Part shown: positions 11,224 to 20,520 of the stretch, piece by piece
Layout: each line of letters starts with the position of its first letter
How positions within the stretch are numbered: position 1 is the stretch's first letter
From: an uncultured Bdellovibrio sp.
GTDB taxonomy: Bacteria > Bdellovibrionota > Bdellovibrionia > Bdellovibrionales > Bdellovibrionaceae
Assembly (NCBI GenBank): GCA_964505225.1
Contig: CAZDHC010000001.1
Coordinates: 1-59,059, forward strand
Direction: 5' to 3'
DNA length: 59,059 nucleotides
Translations under genes and position numbers: made by a program
Notes under the pieces: model-generated
What the model saw: the letters and a program-made list of their open reading frames with translations, nothing else
Database searches by the model: none
Told to the model about the DNA's origin: nothing

Positions 11224-11247
11224 CTAGAAACAAAAATTTAATTTAAA

Positions 11248-11700
11248 TTACAAACGCTCGTTCATTATGTGCATTAGGCCTTCGCAGCGTAATGTTTTAA
11301 CAACTTTTTCACCGTTACCAAGAACCATATTCAATCGACCAGTTTTATAAATGCGGCCATCTTTAGTTCCGGTTGCAATCACTAAAAGAAATTCGTTTCC
11401 TTTATAAGTGTTCGCACCCATTCGCACTGTTTGGCGAACATTTCTGGCACCGATGTGATTTGATCCCGCAATTGTTGATTCGAAAATATCGGCTCTTTGC
11501 AATTCAGCGTTTCCGTTTGAGCCATTTACAGCCGTTAAGTAGATTTGAATTCCAGCATCAGCCATTCCGTCTTCGAAACAGTTTGTATGGGGTAAAGGTT
11601 TTTGACCTGGAAGGTAGATAGCGTGTGCGGCAGAGGCGAAAGCTAGAACAAAAAGACTTGCGAATACGACGATTGATTTTGAACCCATAAAAACTCCCAT
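11248..11700 (-). CDS. Hypothetical secreted protein
   Basis: 150 aa with a clear signal peptide (SIVVFASLFVLAFASAAHA). No recognisable domain. Confidence 0.5.
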   Translation of the reverse strand: MGVFMGSKSIVVFASLFVLAFASAAHAIYLPGQKPLPHTNCFEDGMADAGIQIYLTAVNGSNGNAELQRADIFESTIAGSNHIGARNVRQTVRMGANTYKGNEFLLVIATGTKDGRIYKTGRLNMVLGNGEKVVKTLRCEGLMHIMNERL

Positions 11701-11920
11701 TTAAAATCCTAAGCGGACAGACATCCGACAAAGCAACGGCTGTGCCACCGAACTTCGAACTTCAAAGCAGGGTCATTTCGTTTTAGTTCGCTTTAACTCC
11801 CTAAGTGTTAAGATTTACAAATTTTTCACTAAAACCGTGGTTCCAAGGTGGAGCTTTCCTTGGTTCCAGAATGTGCTTTAAGCGGTCGGTCAGAAAAATT
11901 TGGGACTACCTGAATATTGA

Positions 11921-12120
11921 TTCTGACCTCATCCACGATGTTGGACGTCGGCACGCCATGCCAACGGACAAGGTCGTGGGTAGACACTAGTATGGCAGTC
12001 TCCCTACCAATTCAAATGAACACTTTAAATTGACAGCTTGCCTCTCGGTTTTGCATTTCCAAGCCCCGCCCGAAAATCATTTAATACAAAATCACCTCTT
12101 TAAAAAATCTTGCGAAGCCC
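11921..12120 (+). repeat. Direct repeat copy A (35-bp perfect core 11931-11965), overlapping the 3' end of small ORF 11805..11990
   Basis: The core ATCCACGATGTTGGACGTCGGCACGCCATGCCAAC recurs identically at 12622-12656. Flanks are similar with indels (TAAATTGACA, TTTAAAAAATCTTGCGAAGCC). Confidence 0.8.
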
Positions 12121-12208
12121 ATGTAAAAATATAAAATGTTGAAATAACAAAATCTCGAGTCGAAAATGGTATTTACAAAATTTTTACAAGAGTCTTGAAG
12201 GGCACTAC

Positions 12209-12601
12209 ATGCCGAAAACAATAGAAATATCTAAAACCGCCCAATCTAAGCTTTCCAAAGCAATAATTCTGATACCATTGTTAATAAATCTATCCTGCGC
12301 AGCTTTCGGTCCCTTAATGGCTGGATATACTCCAAAAACAGATTTGTCTAAATCACGAAATTACATCTCCACTCACATAAATGATTTGCAGGTCGAAGCA
12401 ATAAAAGGTTCAGGACCGACATTGATCGGACTAATCCAAATTTACAATTGTAATGAGTTAGGAACAAATGCGTTTAAAGATATGATTTTCCATAATCATT
12501 CGATCTTATTTAGCGACAACGACCCAGACAGTATCGCGTTCCGCATTGAATCAGAGATTCGCACAACAACGAAGATAAACCACAACTGCAATCCGAATTG
12601 A
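12209..12601 (+). CDS. Hypothetical lipoprotein
   Basis: 130 aa. Signal peptide plus lipobox (LLINLSC). Lies between the two direct-repeat copies. Confidence 0.5.
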   Translation: MPKTIEISKTAQSKLSKAIILIPLLINLSCAAFGPLMAGYTPKTDLSKSRNYISTHINDLQVEAIKGSGPTLIGLIQIYNCNELGTNAFKDMIFHNHSILFSDNDPDSIAFRIESEIRTTTKINHNCNPN

Positions 12602-12610
12602 AAAAATCTG

Positions 12611-12740
12611 CCTGACTCTCCATCCACGATGTTGGACGTCGGCACGCCATGCCAACAGACAACATTATGGATAGACTATAGATAGTCCTCAATCTAAATT
12701 GTCACATCTTCATTCTCAATTTAAAACAATCTTCCGAATC
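12611..12740 (+). repeat. Direct repeat copy B (perfect core 12622-12656); looks like a start-less gene 3'-end fragment
   Basis: Same core as 11931-11965. In the equivalent frame it reads SIHDVGRRHAMPTDNIMDRL-stop (TAG 12679-12681), with a TGA three codons upstream of the core. Confidence 0.8.
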
Positions 12741-12764
12741 TTAATCTAAAAAAATCCGCCTATT

Positions 12765-13409
12765 TTAATAATTCACGGCTTGCGAAAAAAAAATTCGCTC
12801 AAAAAAGATTTTATCAGATCCGACATACAGATCATGAATTTGAAAACCAACTTCAAATTTTTGAAAATCAGATACTCCCGTATCGATGTGTTCAAAGTCA
12901 GCCTGAAATACCTTCGAAGAACCTGCTGGGATTTCGGTCCATACTGGCGTTTGCCTCACCGAAAACTCTATAAGAGGTAATGGGATTTTACCTGATTTTT
13001 CACTAATTTCATAAATAGCTTTGGTACTGTTATATTTAAACCCTGGCTTTGTACTTAGGTCGACAAATGATTTTTGCTTAAAGCTCACTGAAGTCGAACT
13101 GTGATTTTCGATTTTAATATGAATTTGAAAATAGTTGCCACAGAACTCCTCAACTTTAAGACTAACTTTGACTTTTTGGTGCTCTGGATACTGATATGTT
13201 GCGCCTTCTTCACCGACTGGCTTCAGCGAATGCATTTCACAAGGGCCAAAAAACAATCGCCCAAATACCGGAGCTAACGCTTGAGATAGCCCTTGAGCAA
13301 CAACTTGACCAAGAATCTGCCCTAGTGGATCATTTGCCCACCCGATCCGAAAGAATCCAAGTGAAGTGATAAGGATTAACAACTTTAGCAATCTAAAAAA
13401 ATTTGCCAT
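12765..13409 (-). CDS. Hypothetical secreted protein
   Basis: 214 aa. N-terminal hydrophobic signal (LLKLLILITSLGFFRIGWA). No recognised domain. Confidence 0.5.
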   Translation of the reverse strand: MANFFRLLKLLILITSLGFFRIGWANDPLGQILGQVVAQGLSQALAPVFGRLFFGPCEMHSLKPVGEEGATYQYPEHQKVKVSLKVEEFCGNYFQIHIKIENHSSTSVSFKQKSFVDLSTKPGFKYNSTKAIYEISEKSGKIPLPLIEFSVRQTPVWTEIPAGSSKVFQADFEHIDTGVSDFQKFEVGFQIHDLYVGSDKIFFERIFFSQAVNY

Positions 13410-13416
13410 TATGGGA

Positions 13417-14250
13417 CTAACCCAACTTCTCGATCAAGGCTGGAAGATTTTTTTCGATGTATTGCAAAGCAGTTTTTACTTTGGCTTGAACGGCTTGGCT
13501 TTCATTTGCCTTAAACTGCTTCGTGACCTCGTCCATATAAAGGGCGCGGTTCATTTCAACTTGCACGGCATGTTGGCCGCGCGCAGGTGCTCCGTATTGC
13601 TCGGACACTCGCCCCCCTAAATAGGGCCAATTCATTCTGACTTTAAATCCGGCGCGAAGATAAGCCGCCATCACCAAATCCATAAAATCTGGATGAGTGC
13701 TTTTGCCACCACAATCACTGATCACGATGTCCGCTCGGTATTCGCCGGGGTCGCGATGCATATTCGTGCCTTTTGAAGGCATCGAGTGCGCATCCACGTG
13801 AAAAATATTTTGATGACCTTGCTTTTTAAATTCTTCGAAATGTTTTTTTACGTTTTGATGAAAAGGCTGATAAATCAAGTCCACTAATTTTGAATGCATC
13901 TCCTGGGTCATCGGCTCTTTCATCAACTGATGATTGTAAGTGGTCACCACCCAATGAAAACCGCGATTGTGCATCCCCGCCTTATTGGGATTTCCGATCA
14001 CCGAAGTGCAGTCGACATCTTCGGGCACTCGGTTGAGATCGGCTGCATAACGATGCCATTCGGTTTTAATGTAAGGAATTTTTAATTCATGGATCGCGGG
14101 CTCGTACAATCGATCGACAAAGCGATCCACATCACACATTAAAATTTCTTCGGGTAAATTTTTAAGCCACTGACAAAAATCAGGAACTTTTTCACCCGAG
14201 TGCGGGATCGTTATAAAAAAAGGAAGTTTTTTGCTGCTATTGCCGTTCAT
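13417..14250 (-). CDS. N-formylglutamate amidohydrolase family protein
   Basis: 277 aa. FFITIPHSGEKVP N-terminus, HVDAHSMPS and EYRADIVISD motifs typical of the FGase family. Confidence 0.65.
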   Translation of the reverse strand: MNGNSSKKLPFFITIPHSGEKVPDFCQWLKNLPEEILMCDVDRFVDRLYEPAIHELKIPYIKTEWHRYAADLNRVPEDVDCTSVIGNPNKAGMHNRGFHWVVTTYNHQLMKEPMTQEMHSKLVDLIYQPFHQNVKKHFEEFKKQGHQNIFHVDAHSMPSKGTNMHRDPGEYRADIVISDCGGKSTHPDFMDLVMAAYLRAGFKVRMNWPYLGGRVSEQYGAPARGQHAVQVEMNRALYMDEVTKQFKANESQAVQAKVKTALQYIEKNLPALIEKLG

Positions 14251-14274
14251 GGATTAATGCTGACACAAAAAAAC

Positions 14275-15390
14275 CTACACCGCAAACTGCAACTGATCTT
14301 GATTTTGGCTTTGATCGCCCTTAGTGGCTGAACTGTCTTGCGCACTTAGACGAACACCGACGCCAAGCAAGCGAATGGCCTCGCCCCGCTTTTGCCAAGC
14401 TGCGCGAATCAACTTTTCAAAATCCTCGATATTTGGCGTCGACCTGGAAGCCAGCTCACGAGTGATTCCTTGAAAATCATGATATTTCAATTTGATCACC
14501 CAACCTTTTATGTCTTTAGCGTAGCCGCCTTTTTCTAAACGCCTTTCAAAATCCTCATAAACTTCAGGTAATTTCAGCAACACTTCGTCTAACGTCTGCA
14601 AATCTTGATTGAAAGTTTCCTCAACTGATAAAGATTTTCTTTGCCATTCGGTTTTCACTTCACGGTCATCGATGCCCCGACTTAATGAATAAAGCTCGGT
14701 GGCGCGATTGGCGCCAAACTTTCTTTTCAGCTCAGTCAGATCTAACTTTTGCAAATCGCCGCAGGTGAAAAATCCCATGCGATGCATGCTTTCGGCAGTT
14801 ACTTTGCCCACACCAAATATTTTTTCGATTGGAAGACTTGGCATAAAGCCCTCGACATCTTGTGGGCGGATTAAAAACTGACCATTGGGCTTTTTCCAAT
14901 CACTGGCAATTTTAGCTAAAAACTTATTGGGAGCAATTCCGGCGCTGGCGCGAAGACCTAACTCTTGAAAAATCTTTTGCCTGATTTCTTGGGCCATCAA
15001 GGTCGCACTGTTTTGACATTTCTCGACCCCAGTCACATCTAAATAGGCTTCGTCTAACGATAGCGGTTCAATTTTATCCGTGTACTGATTTAAAATTCGG
15101 CGAACTTCGCGGCTTTCTTGTTTGTAACGCTCAAAGTTTGGGTAAACAAAAATCAGACCTGGACACAATCGCGCGGCCCTAGAACTTGGAATCGCAGCAC
15201 GAACACCAAACTTTCGCGCTTCATAATTTGCGGTGCACACCACGGCCCGAGATTGCGGAGGTCCAGCCACGACCACTGGCTTACCTTTTAGACTTGGATT
15301 GTCTTTCTCTTCAACTGCAGCGTAAAAACAGTCCATATCTATATGTATGATTTTACGCTTGTTTTTATCTTGAAGATTATTGTTGCCCAT
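14275..15390 (-). CDS. dinB: DNA polymerase IV (Y-family translesion polymerase)
   Basis: 371 aa. IIHIDMDCFYAAVEEKDNPSLKGKPVVV, SLDEAYLDVT and FGVGKVT motifs. Confidence 0.9.
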   Translation of the reverse strand: MGNNNLQDKNKRKIIHIDMDCFYAAVEEKDNPSLKGKPVVVAGPPQSRAVVCTANYEARKFGVRAAIPSSRAARLCPGLIFVYPNFERYKQESREVRRILNQYTDKIEPLSLDEAYLDVTGVEKCQNSATLMAQEIRQKIFQELGLRASAGIAPNKFLAKIASDWKKPNGQFLIRPQDVEGFMPSLPIEKIFGVGKVTAESMHRMGFFTCGDLQKLDLTELKRKFGANRATELYSLSRGIDDREVKTEWQRKSLSVEETFNQDLQTLDEVLLKLPEVYEDFERRLEKGGYAKDIKGWVIKLKYHDFQGITRELASRSTPNIEDFEKLIRAAWQKRGEAIRLLGVGVRLSAQDSSATKGDQSQNQDQLQFAV

Positions 15391-15434
15391 GTGTAAATTA
15401 TGTGTAAACGTATTGTAAATGCCAAGGAAAATTT

Positions 15435-16040
15435 ATGAATGCAGACCAAAAAAATTCTGACAAAAAGATCAAGATCTACACTAAAACCGGCGATGGCGGG
15501 CAGACCCGCTTGGTTGATGGTCGCGAATGCTCAAAGGCAAATCTTCGAGTAGAAACCTATGGAACAGTCGATGAATTAAATAGTGTTTTAGGAATTTTAA
15601 TCGCACATCTTCATGGCAAAGTTGAGAGCCAACTGGTTCAGCATTTGACCGCCATTCAAAATCAACTTTTCAATATTGGCAGCCACTTGGCCTGCGAAAA
15701 AGATGAGACTCGGAAAATGCTTCCTGCGCTAGACGAAGACTGGATTAAAATCATGGAAGATAAAATTGACGAAATGACCGCTGAATTAGAGCCTCTTCGT
15801 AATTTTATTTTGCCCGGCGGTTCACTGCCCGCATCCTATTCGCACCTTGGGCGAACCGTTTGCCGAAGGGCCGAGCGCATGGTGGTTCGATTGATCGAAG
15901 ACAGCGACTCGCCAGCCAATCAAGCACCTGAAATCTTAAGGTCTTTGCGATATTTAAATCGCTTAAGTGATTATCTGTTTGTCCTGGGTCGATTTATCAA
16001 TCACACTTTAAAGGTAGAAGATCAACTTTGGACAAAATAA
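15435..16040 (+). CDS. ATP:cob(I)alamin adenosyltransferase, PduO type
   Basis: 201 aa. IYTKTGDGGQT...TYGTVDELNSVLG...FILPGG...CRRAER pattern. Confidence 0.8.
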   Translation: MNADQKNSDKKIKIYTKTGDGGQTRLVDGRECSKANLRVETYGTVDELNSVLGILIAHLHGKVESQLVQHLTAIQNQLFNIGSHLACEKDETRKMLPALDEDWIKIMEDKIDEMTAELEPLRNFILPGGSLPASYSHLGRTVCRRAERMVVRLIEDSDSPANQAPEILRSLRYLNRLSDYLFVLGRFINHTLKVEDQLWTK

Positions 16041-16043
16041 AAA

Positions 16044-17174
16044 ATGCACCTTGAGATTGCGACGGAACAAGATAGCTCGGATTTAATTTCTTTTTTCAAA
16101 GAATTTCCTATTAAAGGTTTAGCCGACATCAAAGTTGATCGAAATCATGATTTTTTCGCTGCCTACTCGACTCAGTCTAACGATTTTAAAACTTATCTTC
16201 TTCGCGATGAAAAAAAGGAACTTCAGGCCTCTGCCAGTTTTATTTTTCGCGAAGTGATGAACGACAATCAAATCATCAAAGTCGCTACAGCTGCAGATCT
16301 TCGGGTACGGCAAAATCGAAAGGCGATCTTAAGTTGGTCCAATCACTTTCTTCCGGTTCTGCAAAAAGAAACCTCGGAACGGGATCTTTCTTCGATTTTT
16401 TCAGTCATCAATTTATCAGACCCCAGCGCGTTGAATACTTTTGTCAGACCTCGCACAATGAAAAGACAAATGCCGCGCTATTATTTGTATCGCAAATTTA
16501 AAATCGTCAGCCTACACGGTCGGTATCCTTGGACGCCAAAGCCTTTAAGCACAATTAAAATTCGTCAAGGCAACGAAGCTAATTTTGATGCGCTATTGAG
16601 CTACATTGTGCGCCGATCTCAATACCGCCCTTTTGCCAGTGTGTGGGATGAAAAAAGCTTTCGCCAAAAATTAGAACGCTTGAAAGGCTTAAAACTTTCT
16701 GATTTTTTAATCGCCTTTGATTCAAGTGATAACATCATCGGCTGCGTAGCCCCGTGGTCCTCGCAAGGAACTCAAGATCTGATCCCTTTAACTTACAGTT
16801 TACGGGCTCATAATTTTCGGCAATTTTTAAAATTTTTATGGGTGTTTGGCTTGACTCGTAGGTTGGCAAAACCCGTTTCTTCGACTCAAGTTGAAAGCAA
16901 ATTGCAGTTTCGCTATTTAACCAACGTTTTTGCCGACAATGAAGATGTTTTCGAAAACTTAATTTCTGCTGCATTTGATTCGATTGGCCATAACGAATTT
17001 ATGGTTTACGCTCATACCGAACAAGATTTCAGACTTTTGCCGCCAACAAGTTGGATTTCAGCAAGTCTACCTTACGCTTTGTACTCGGTGGTGCCGCCCG
17101 AAAAAGAAATGCCATCATTTCTGCACCCTTCGATTTCTCTCAATCCCGAAATCGAAGCTTACACAGTTTTCTAA
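16044..17174 (+). CDS. Hypothetical protein, no recognised domain
   Basis: 376 aa. Starts 3 nt after the adenosyltransferase stop. No signal peptide or TM segments seen. Confidence 0.5.
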   Translation: MHLEIATEQDSSDLISFFKEFPIKGLADIKVDRNHDFFAAYSTQSNDFKTYLLRDEKKELQASASFIFREVMNDNQIIKVATAADLRVRQNRKAILSWSNHFLPVLQKETSERDLSSIFSVINLSDPSALNTFVRPRTMKRQMPRYYLYRKFKIVSLHGRYPWTPKPLSTIKIRQGNEANFDALLSYIVRRSQYRPFASVWDEKSFRQKLERLKGLKLSDFLIAFDSSDNIIGCVAPWSSQGTQDLIPLTYSLRAHNFRQFLKFLWVFGLTRRLAKPVSSTQVESKLQFRYLTNVFADNEDVFENLISAAFDSIGHNEFMVYAHTEQDFRLLPPTSWISASLPYALYSVVPPEKEMPSFLHPSISLNPEIEAYTVF

Positions 17175-17278
17175 ATCCCCCTAGACCTAGGTCTATGGGT
17201 CAGGACTTTTTTCATACCCTCAAAATCAGGACTTTGCTAACCTTTACGGGCAAGGATGCAAACTACAATTTAAGGACG

Positions 17279-18217
17279 ATGGATAGCGTGGCGAACCCGA
17301 AAAAAAGTCAAAAACCTGTTTTTGAAAAATTGCTTCCCTATGCTTTGTTTATTTTTCTTGGTTATTGCATCGCTGATTTATTGATCCTGAGCTATCGCGA
17401 TGAAATGCTTCCGAGCCAAGCGCCGCCGGCAAGACCGCAAAAAGCCAGCAATGATGGCTCGACTTCCCGAGGCGCCTTGAACACAATTATTTCTAGAAAT
17501 ATGTTTTCCTCTGATGGAATTATTCCCGATCAACTGGTCAGCGCTGAACAAAAGAATCAACCTCACAGTGAAGATCTTCCACCAGTGGCGTCGAACCTTC
17601 CGTTGATTTTAGTGGGAACCATTGTTCATTCGAATCCAGCAAAGTCCATTGCCAACATCAACGTAAAAACGAAAAGCCAAACTTTGGCTTACAGCATTGG
17701 CAAAGACATCGAGTCCTTAGCTAAACTCGAAAAAGTCGAGCGCACAAAAATTATCATTCGCAACAACAATAACAACCGCCTGGAATTTATCGAAATGAAA
17801 ATTGATGGCGGCAAAATTGCCTTTGGCGCCTCTAAGGCCGGCGGCCTAGATGGCTCAGCCAACCCAGCGAAATCTGAAGTGGCGCAAATTGCTCCAAATA
17901 AATTTGAAATCAAGCGTACGGATGTTTTGAAGTACACCAACGATATGGCCTCGGTTCTTCAGCAAGCAGCCATGCAGCCCGTTCGCGGAGCTAGTGGCGA
18001 GATCGAAGGCTTTAAGTTTTTATCTATTCAGCCAGGCTCCATTTACACCCAATTGGGATTTCAAAATGGCGACATCATTCGCAATGTGAACGGCGAAAAA
18101 ATTGATAGCCCAGCTAAGGCTATGGAGCTTTACAATGCTTTAAAAAATACGAACTCAATCAAAATGGGAATTGGACGCGACGGTCGAGATCAAGAGTTTG
18201 ATTACACCGTCAAATAA
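17279..18217 (+). CDS. gspC: Type II secretion system protein C (TM anchor plus C-terminal PDZ)
   Basis: The track ORF 17051.. overlaps the previous gene. ATG 17279 is preceded by AAGGA. TM segment LLPYALFIFLGYCIADLLIL. PDZ-like GFKFLSIQPGSIYTQLGFQNGDIIRNVNGEKIDS. Lies immediately upstream of gspD. Confidence 0.75.
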   Translation: MDSVANPKKSQKPVFEKLLPYALFIFLGYCIADLLILSYRDEMLPSQAPPARPQKASNDGSTSRGALNTIISRNMFSSDGIIPDQLVSAEQKNQPHSEDLPPVASNLPLILVGTIVHSNPAKSIANINVKTKSQTLAYSIGKDIESLAKLEKVERTKIIIRNNNNNRLEFIEMKIDGGKIAFGASKAGGLDGSANPAKSEVAQIAPNKFEIKRTDVLKYTNDMASVLQQAAMQPVRGASGEIEGFKFLSIQPGSIYTQLGFQNGDIIRNVNGEKIDSPAKAMELYNALKNTNSIKMGIGRDGRDQEFDYTVK

Positions 18218-18230
18218 AGGGAAGTGATAG

Positions 18231-20516
18231 ATGAAAAAAGTGATTGTTTCGACTCTTGTGAGCCAAAGCTTAGCTTTTAGTTCGCTCTTGGGTAGCACCC
18301 AAGCCATGGCTCAAGACGATTTTGGAAGTGACTTTGCTCCACCTCCTCCGCCACCAAGTGTTGGGGAAGATTTCAATCCGGGTTCTCGCGGTTCTGACTC
18401 GCCAAGATCTTCATCTATTGGTGCGGGCGGATCTTCTTCTTCGGACTCTAAGGGTGGCGCACTTAATAACGCTCAAAAAGACAAATTTGCAAAGTCATCA
18501 ATTGAAGACATCACCGATGAAAACTTCCCCGAGACCATCGAGTCCTTTGACTTTCCAAATGCTGACATTCAGGACATCGTGAAAGCGATATCAGAGCTGA
18601 CCGGAAAAAACTTTATCATCGACAATGGCCTTCGCGGTAAAATCACCATCATTGCTCCTTCTAAAATCACAGTGGCTGAAGCTTACAAAGCTTTCCTGTC
18701 AGCGCTTGCAATCAATGGTTACGCCATTGTTCCTCAAGGAAAATTTCTAAAAATCAGATCTGCTCGAAATGCTCAACGAGATAGCATTGAAACTTATTCT
18801 GGCACTTATTATCCAAATTCAGATCAGATGATCACCAGAATCATTCACTTAAAGCACATTTCTTCAGAAGCAGTAAATCGTGACCTTAGAATTTTAACTT
18901 CTAAAGATGGTGAAATGAGCGTTTATCCGCCTACAAACTCGATCATCCTATCAGACTACGGTTCTAATATTGATCGCGTGATGAAAATTATCAGCCAATT
19001 GGATGTGCCAGGATTTGAAGATCAATTAGAAGTGATCCCCGTTCGCTATGCTAAAGCTAAAGACATTGCCGACTTGATCGACAAAATCGTCAACAAAGGC
19101 CAAGGCGGAACCAACAATCGAACTGGTTCCTTCACAGCTGGGGTTCCAAGATTTACAAGACCTAGCGGAACTCAAGGTTCACAAGGCTCCGCTTATTATA
19201 TGGTTATTCCCGATGATCGCACCAACTCGTTGATCGTTGTTGGAAATAAGCCCGGAATTGCGCGAATCAAGAAACTTTTAACTCAATTGGATTTCCGTAT
19301 TCGGCCCGAAGACGCCGGCGGAGTTTACGTTTATTACGTGAAACACGGTGATGCTGAAAAAATCGCGCAAACACTTCAAGGTGTTGCGAAAGACGCTGCT
19401 CCAAAACCAGGAGCTACGGGAGCTGCCCCTCCGGGGGTTCAGCTGACTCAAACCGGAGTCCAAGCCAATCAAGAAATTTTTGGTGGCGATGTTAAGATTC
19501 AAGCAGACAAAGGCACCAATTCGTTGGTGGTGGTTGCAAGCAAACAAGATTACGAAGTGGTTTTAAATCTTTTAAATAAAATTGATATCCCACGCGATCA
19601 AGTTTACGTCGAATCCTACATCGTAGAAATGAAATCAACCGATGCTTTGAATTATCAAATCGGTTACTTCAAATACGATTCCAATGGCTCCGGCGGAAAA
19701 GCGGGATTCAATGGATTTAAGGGCTCTAGCCTTCAGGATTTATTAAATCCTGCTGGTGGCTCTGGAACAATCCTTGGTTTCGGAAGTGGCGACAAAGTCA
19801 CGATCACTCCGGCGACAGGCGGATCCGCGGTCACTGTTCCTTCATTAATTGGCTTTATCAACTTTTTGAAAACCAATGCCAATGCCAACGTTCTATCGAC
19901 TCCACAGTTGATGGCGCTGGATGCACAAGAAGCATTGATCGAGGTTGGAGACAAAGTCGTGACGGGCTCAGAGACTGTTAGCAACAACGGCGTCAGCGTG
20001 ACCAATCCAAAATTTGAAGACGCAACCATTCAGCTTAAAATTAAGCCTTTCATTTCGCCGACCACAAACTCGGTGCGAATGGAGCTGAAATCAAACATCA
20101 AGCAGTTGTCTGTGGCAAAAACTCCAGATGCTTTTGCGAACAACACTCAGCCATTAGCGACCCGAAAACTTGAAACCAATATCGTTGTTCGCAATGGCGA
20201 CACCGCGGTCCTGGGTGGTTTGATGAAGGAAGATGATGTTGAAACGATTCAAAAAGTTCCTTTATTGGGAGATATTCCAATTTTAGGATGGCTTTTCAAA
20301 TCACGCAGCACTTCCAAAGAGAAAACCAACATGTTGATTTTCTTAACTCCTAAAATCATTCGCACCGGCAATGACGCAAATCAACTTTTGGGTCAAAAGC
20401 TTGAGCAAAGACAAAAATATATCAAAGGCATTGGCGGCCGTGATCCTTATGGTGAAGTCGTTGATGAATTAGCTAAGAAACATGCGGACAAAAGCAGCGA
20501 CAAAGAGATAAAGTAA
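18231..20516 (+). CDS. gspD: Type II secretion system secretin GspD
   Basis: 761 aa with a signal peptide. N0-N3-like repeats. Secretin core with VPLLGDIPILGWLFKS. A low-complexity Pro/Ser/Gly segment follows the signal peptide. Confidence 0.9.
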   Translation: MKKVIVSTLVSQSLAFSSLLGSTQAMAQDDFGSDFAPPPPPPSVGEDFNPGSRGSDSPRSSSIGAGGSSSSDSKGGALNNAQKDKFAKSSIEDITDENFPETIESFDFPNADIQDIVKAISELTGKNFIIDNGLRGKITIIAPSKITVAEAYKAFLSALAINGYAIVPQGKFLKIRSARNAQRDSIETYSGTYYPNSDQMITRIIHLKHISSEAVNRDLRILTSKDGEMSVYPPTNSIILSDYGSNIDRVMKIISQLDVPGFEDQLEVIPVRYAKAKDIADLIDKIVNKGQGGTNNRTGSFTAGVPRFTRPSGTQGSQGSAYYMVIPDDRTNSLIVVGNKPGIARIKKLLTQLDFRIRPEDAGGVYVYYVKHGDAEKIAQTLQGVAKDAAPKPGATGAAPPGVQLTQTGVQANQEIFGGDVKIQADKGTNSLVVVASKQDYEVVLNLLNKIDIPRDQVYVESYIVEMKSTDALNYQIGYFKYDSNGSGGKAGFNGFKGSSLQDLLNPAGGSGTILGFGSGDKVTITPATGGSAVTVPSLIGFINFLKTNANANVLSTPQLMALDAQEALIEVGDKVVTGSETVSNNGVSVTNPKFEDATIQLKIKPFISPTTNSVRMELKSNIKQLSVAKTPDAFANNTQPLATRKLETNIVVRNGDTAVLGGLMKEDDVETIQKVPLLGDIPILGWLFKSRSTSKEKTNMLIFLTPKIIRTGNDANQLLGQKLEQRQKYIKGIGGRDPYGEVVDELAKKHADKSSDKEIK

Positions 20517-20520
20517 TTTT

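Noticed and set aside
11805-11990. 61-aa ORF as a bona fide gene
   Set aside because: No convincing RBS, no recognisable domain, and its last 20 codons are the repeat element. It is kept only as part of the repeat finding and may be a remnant.
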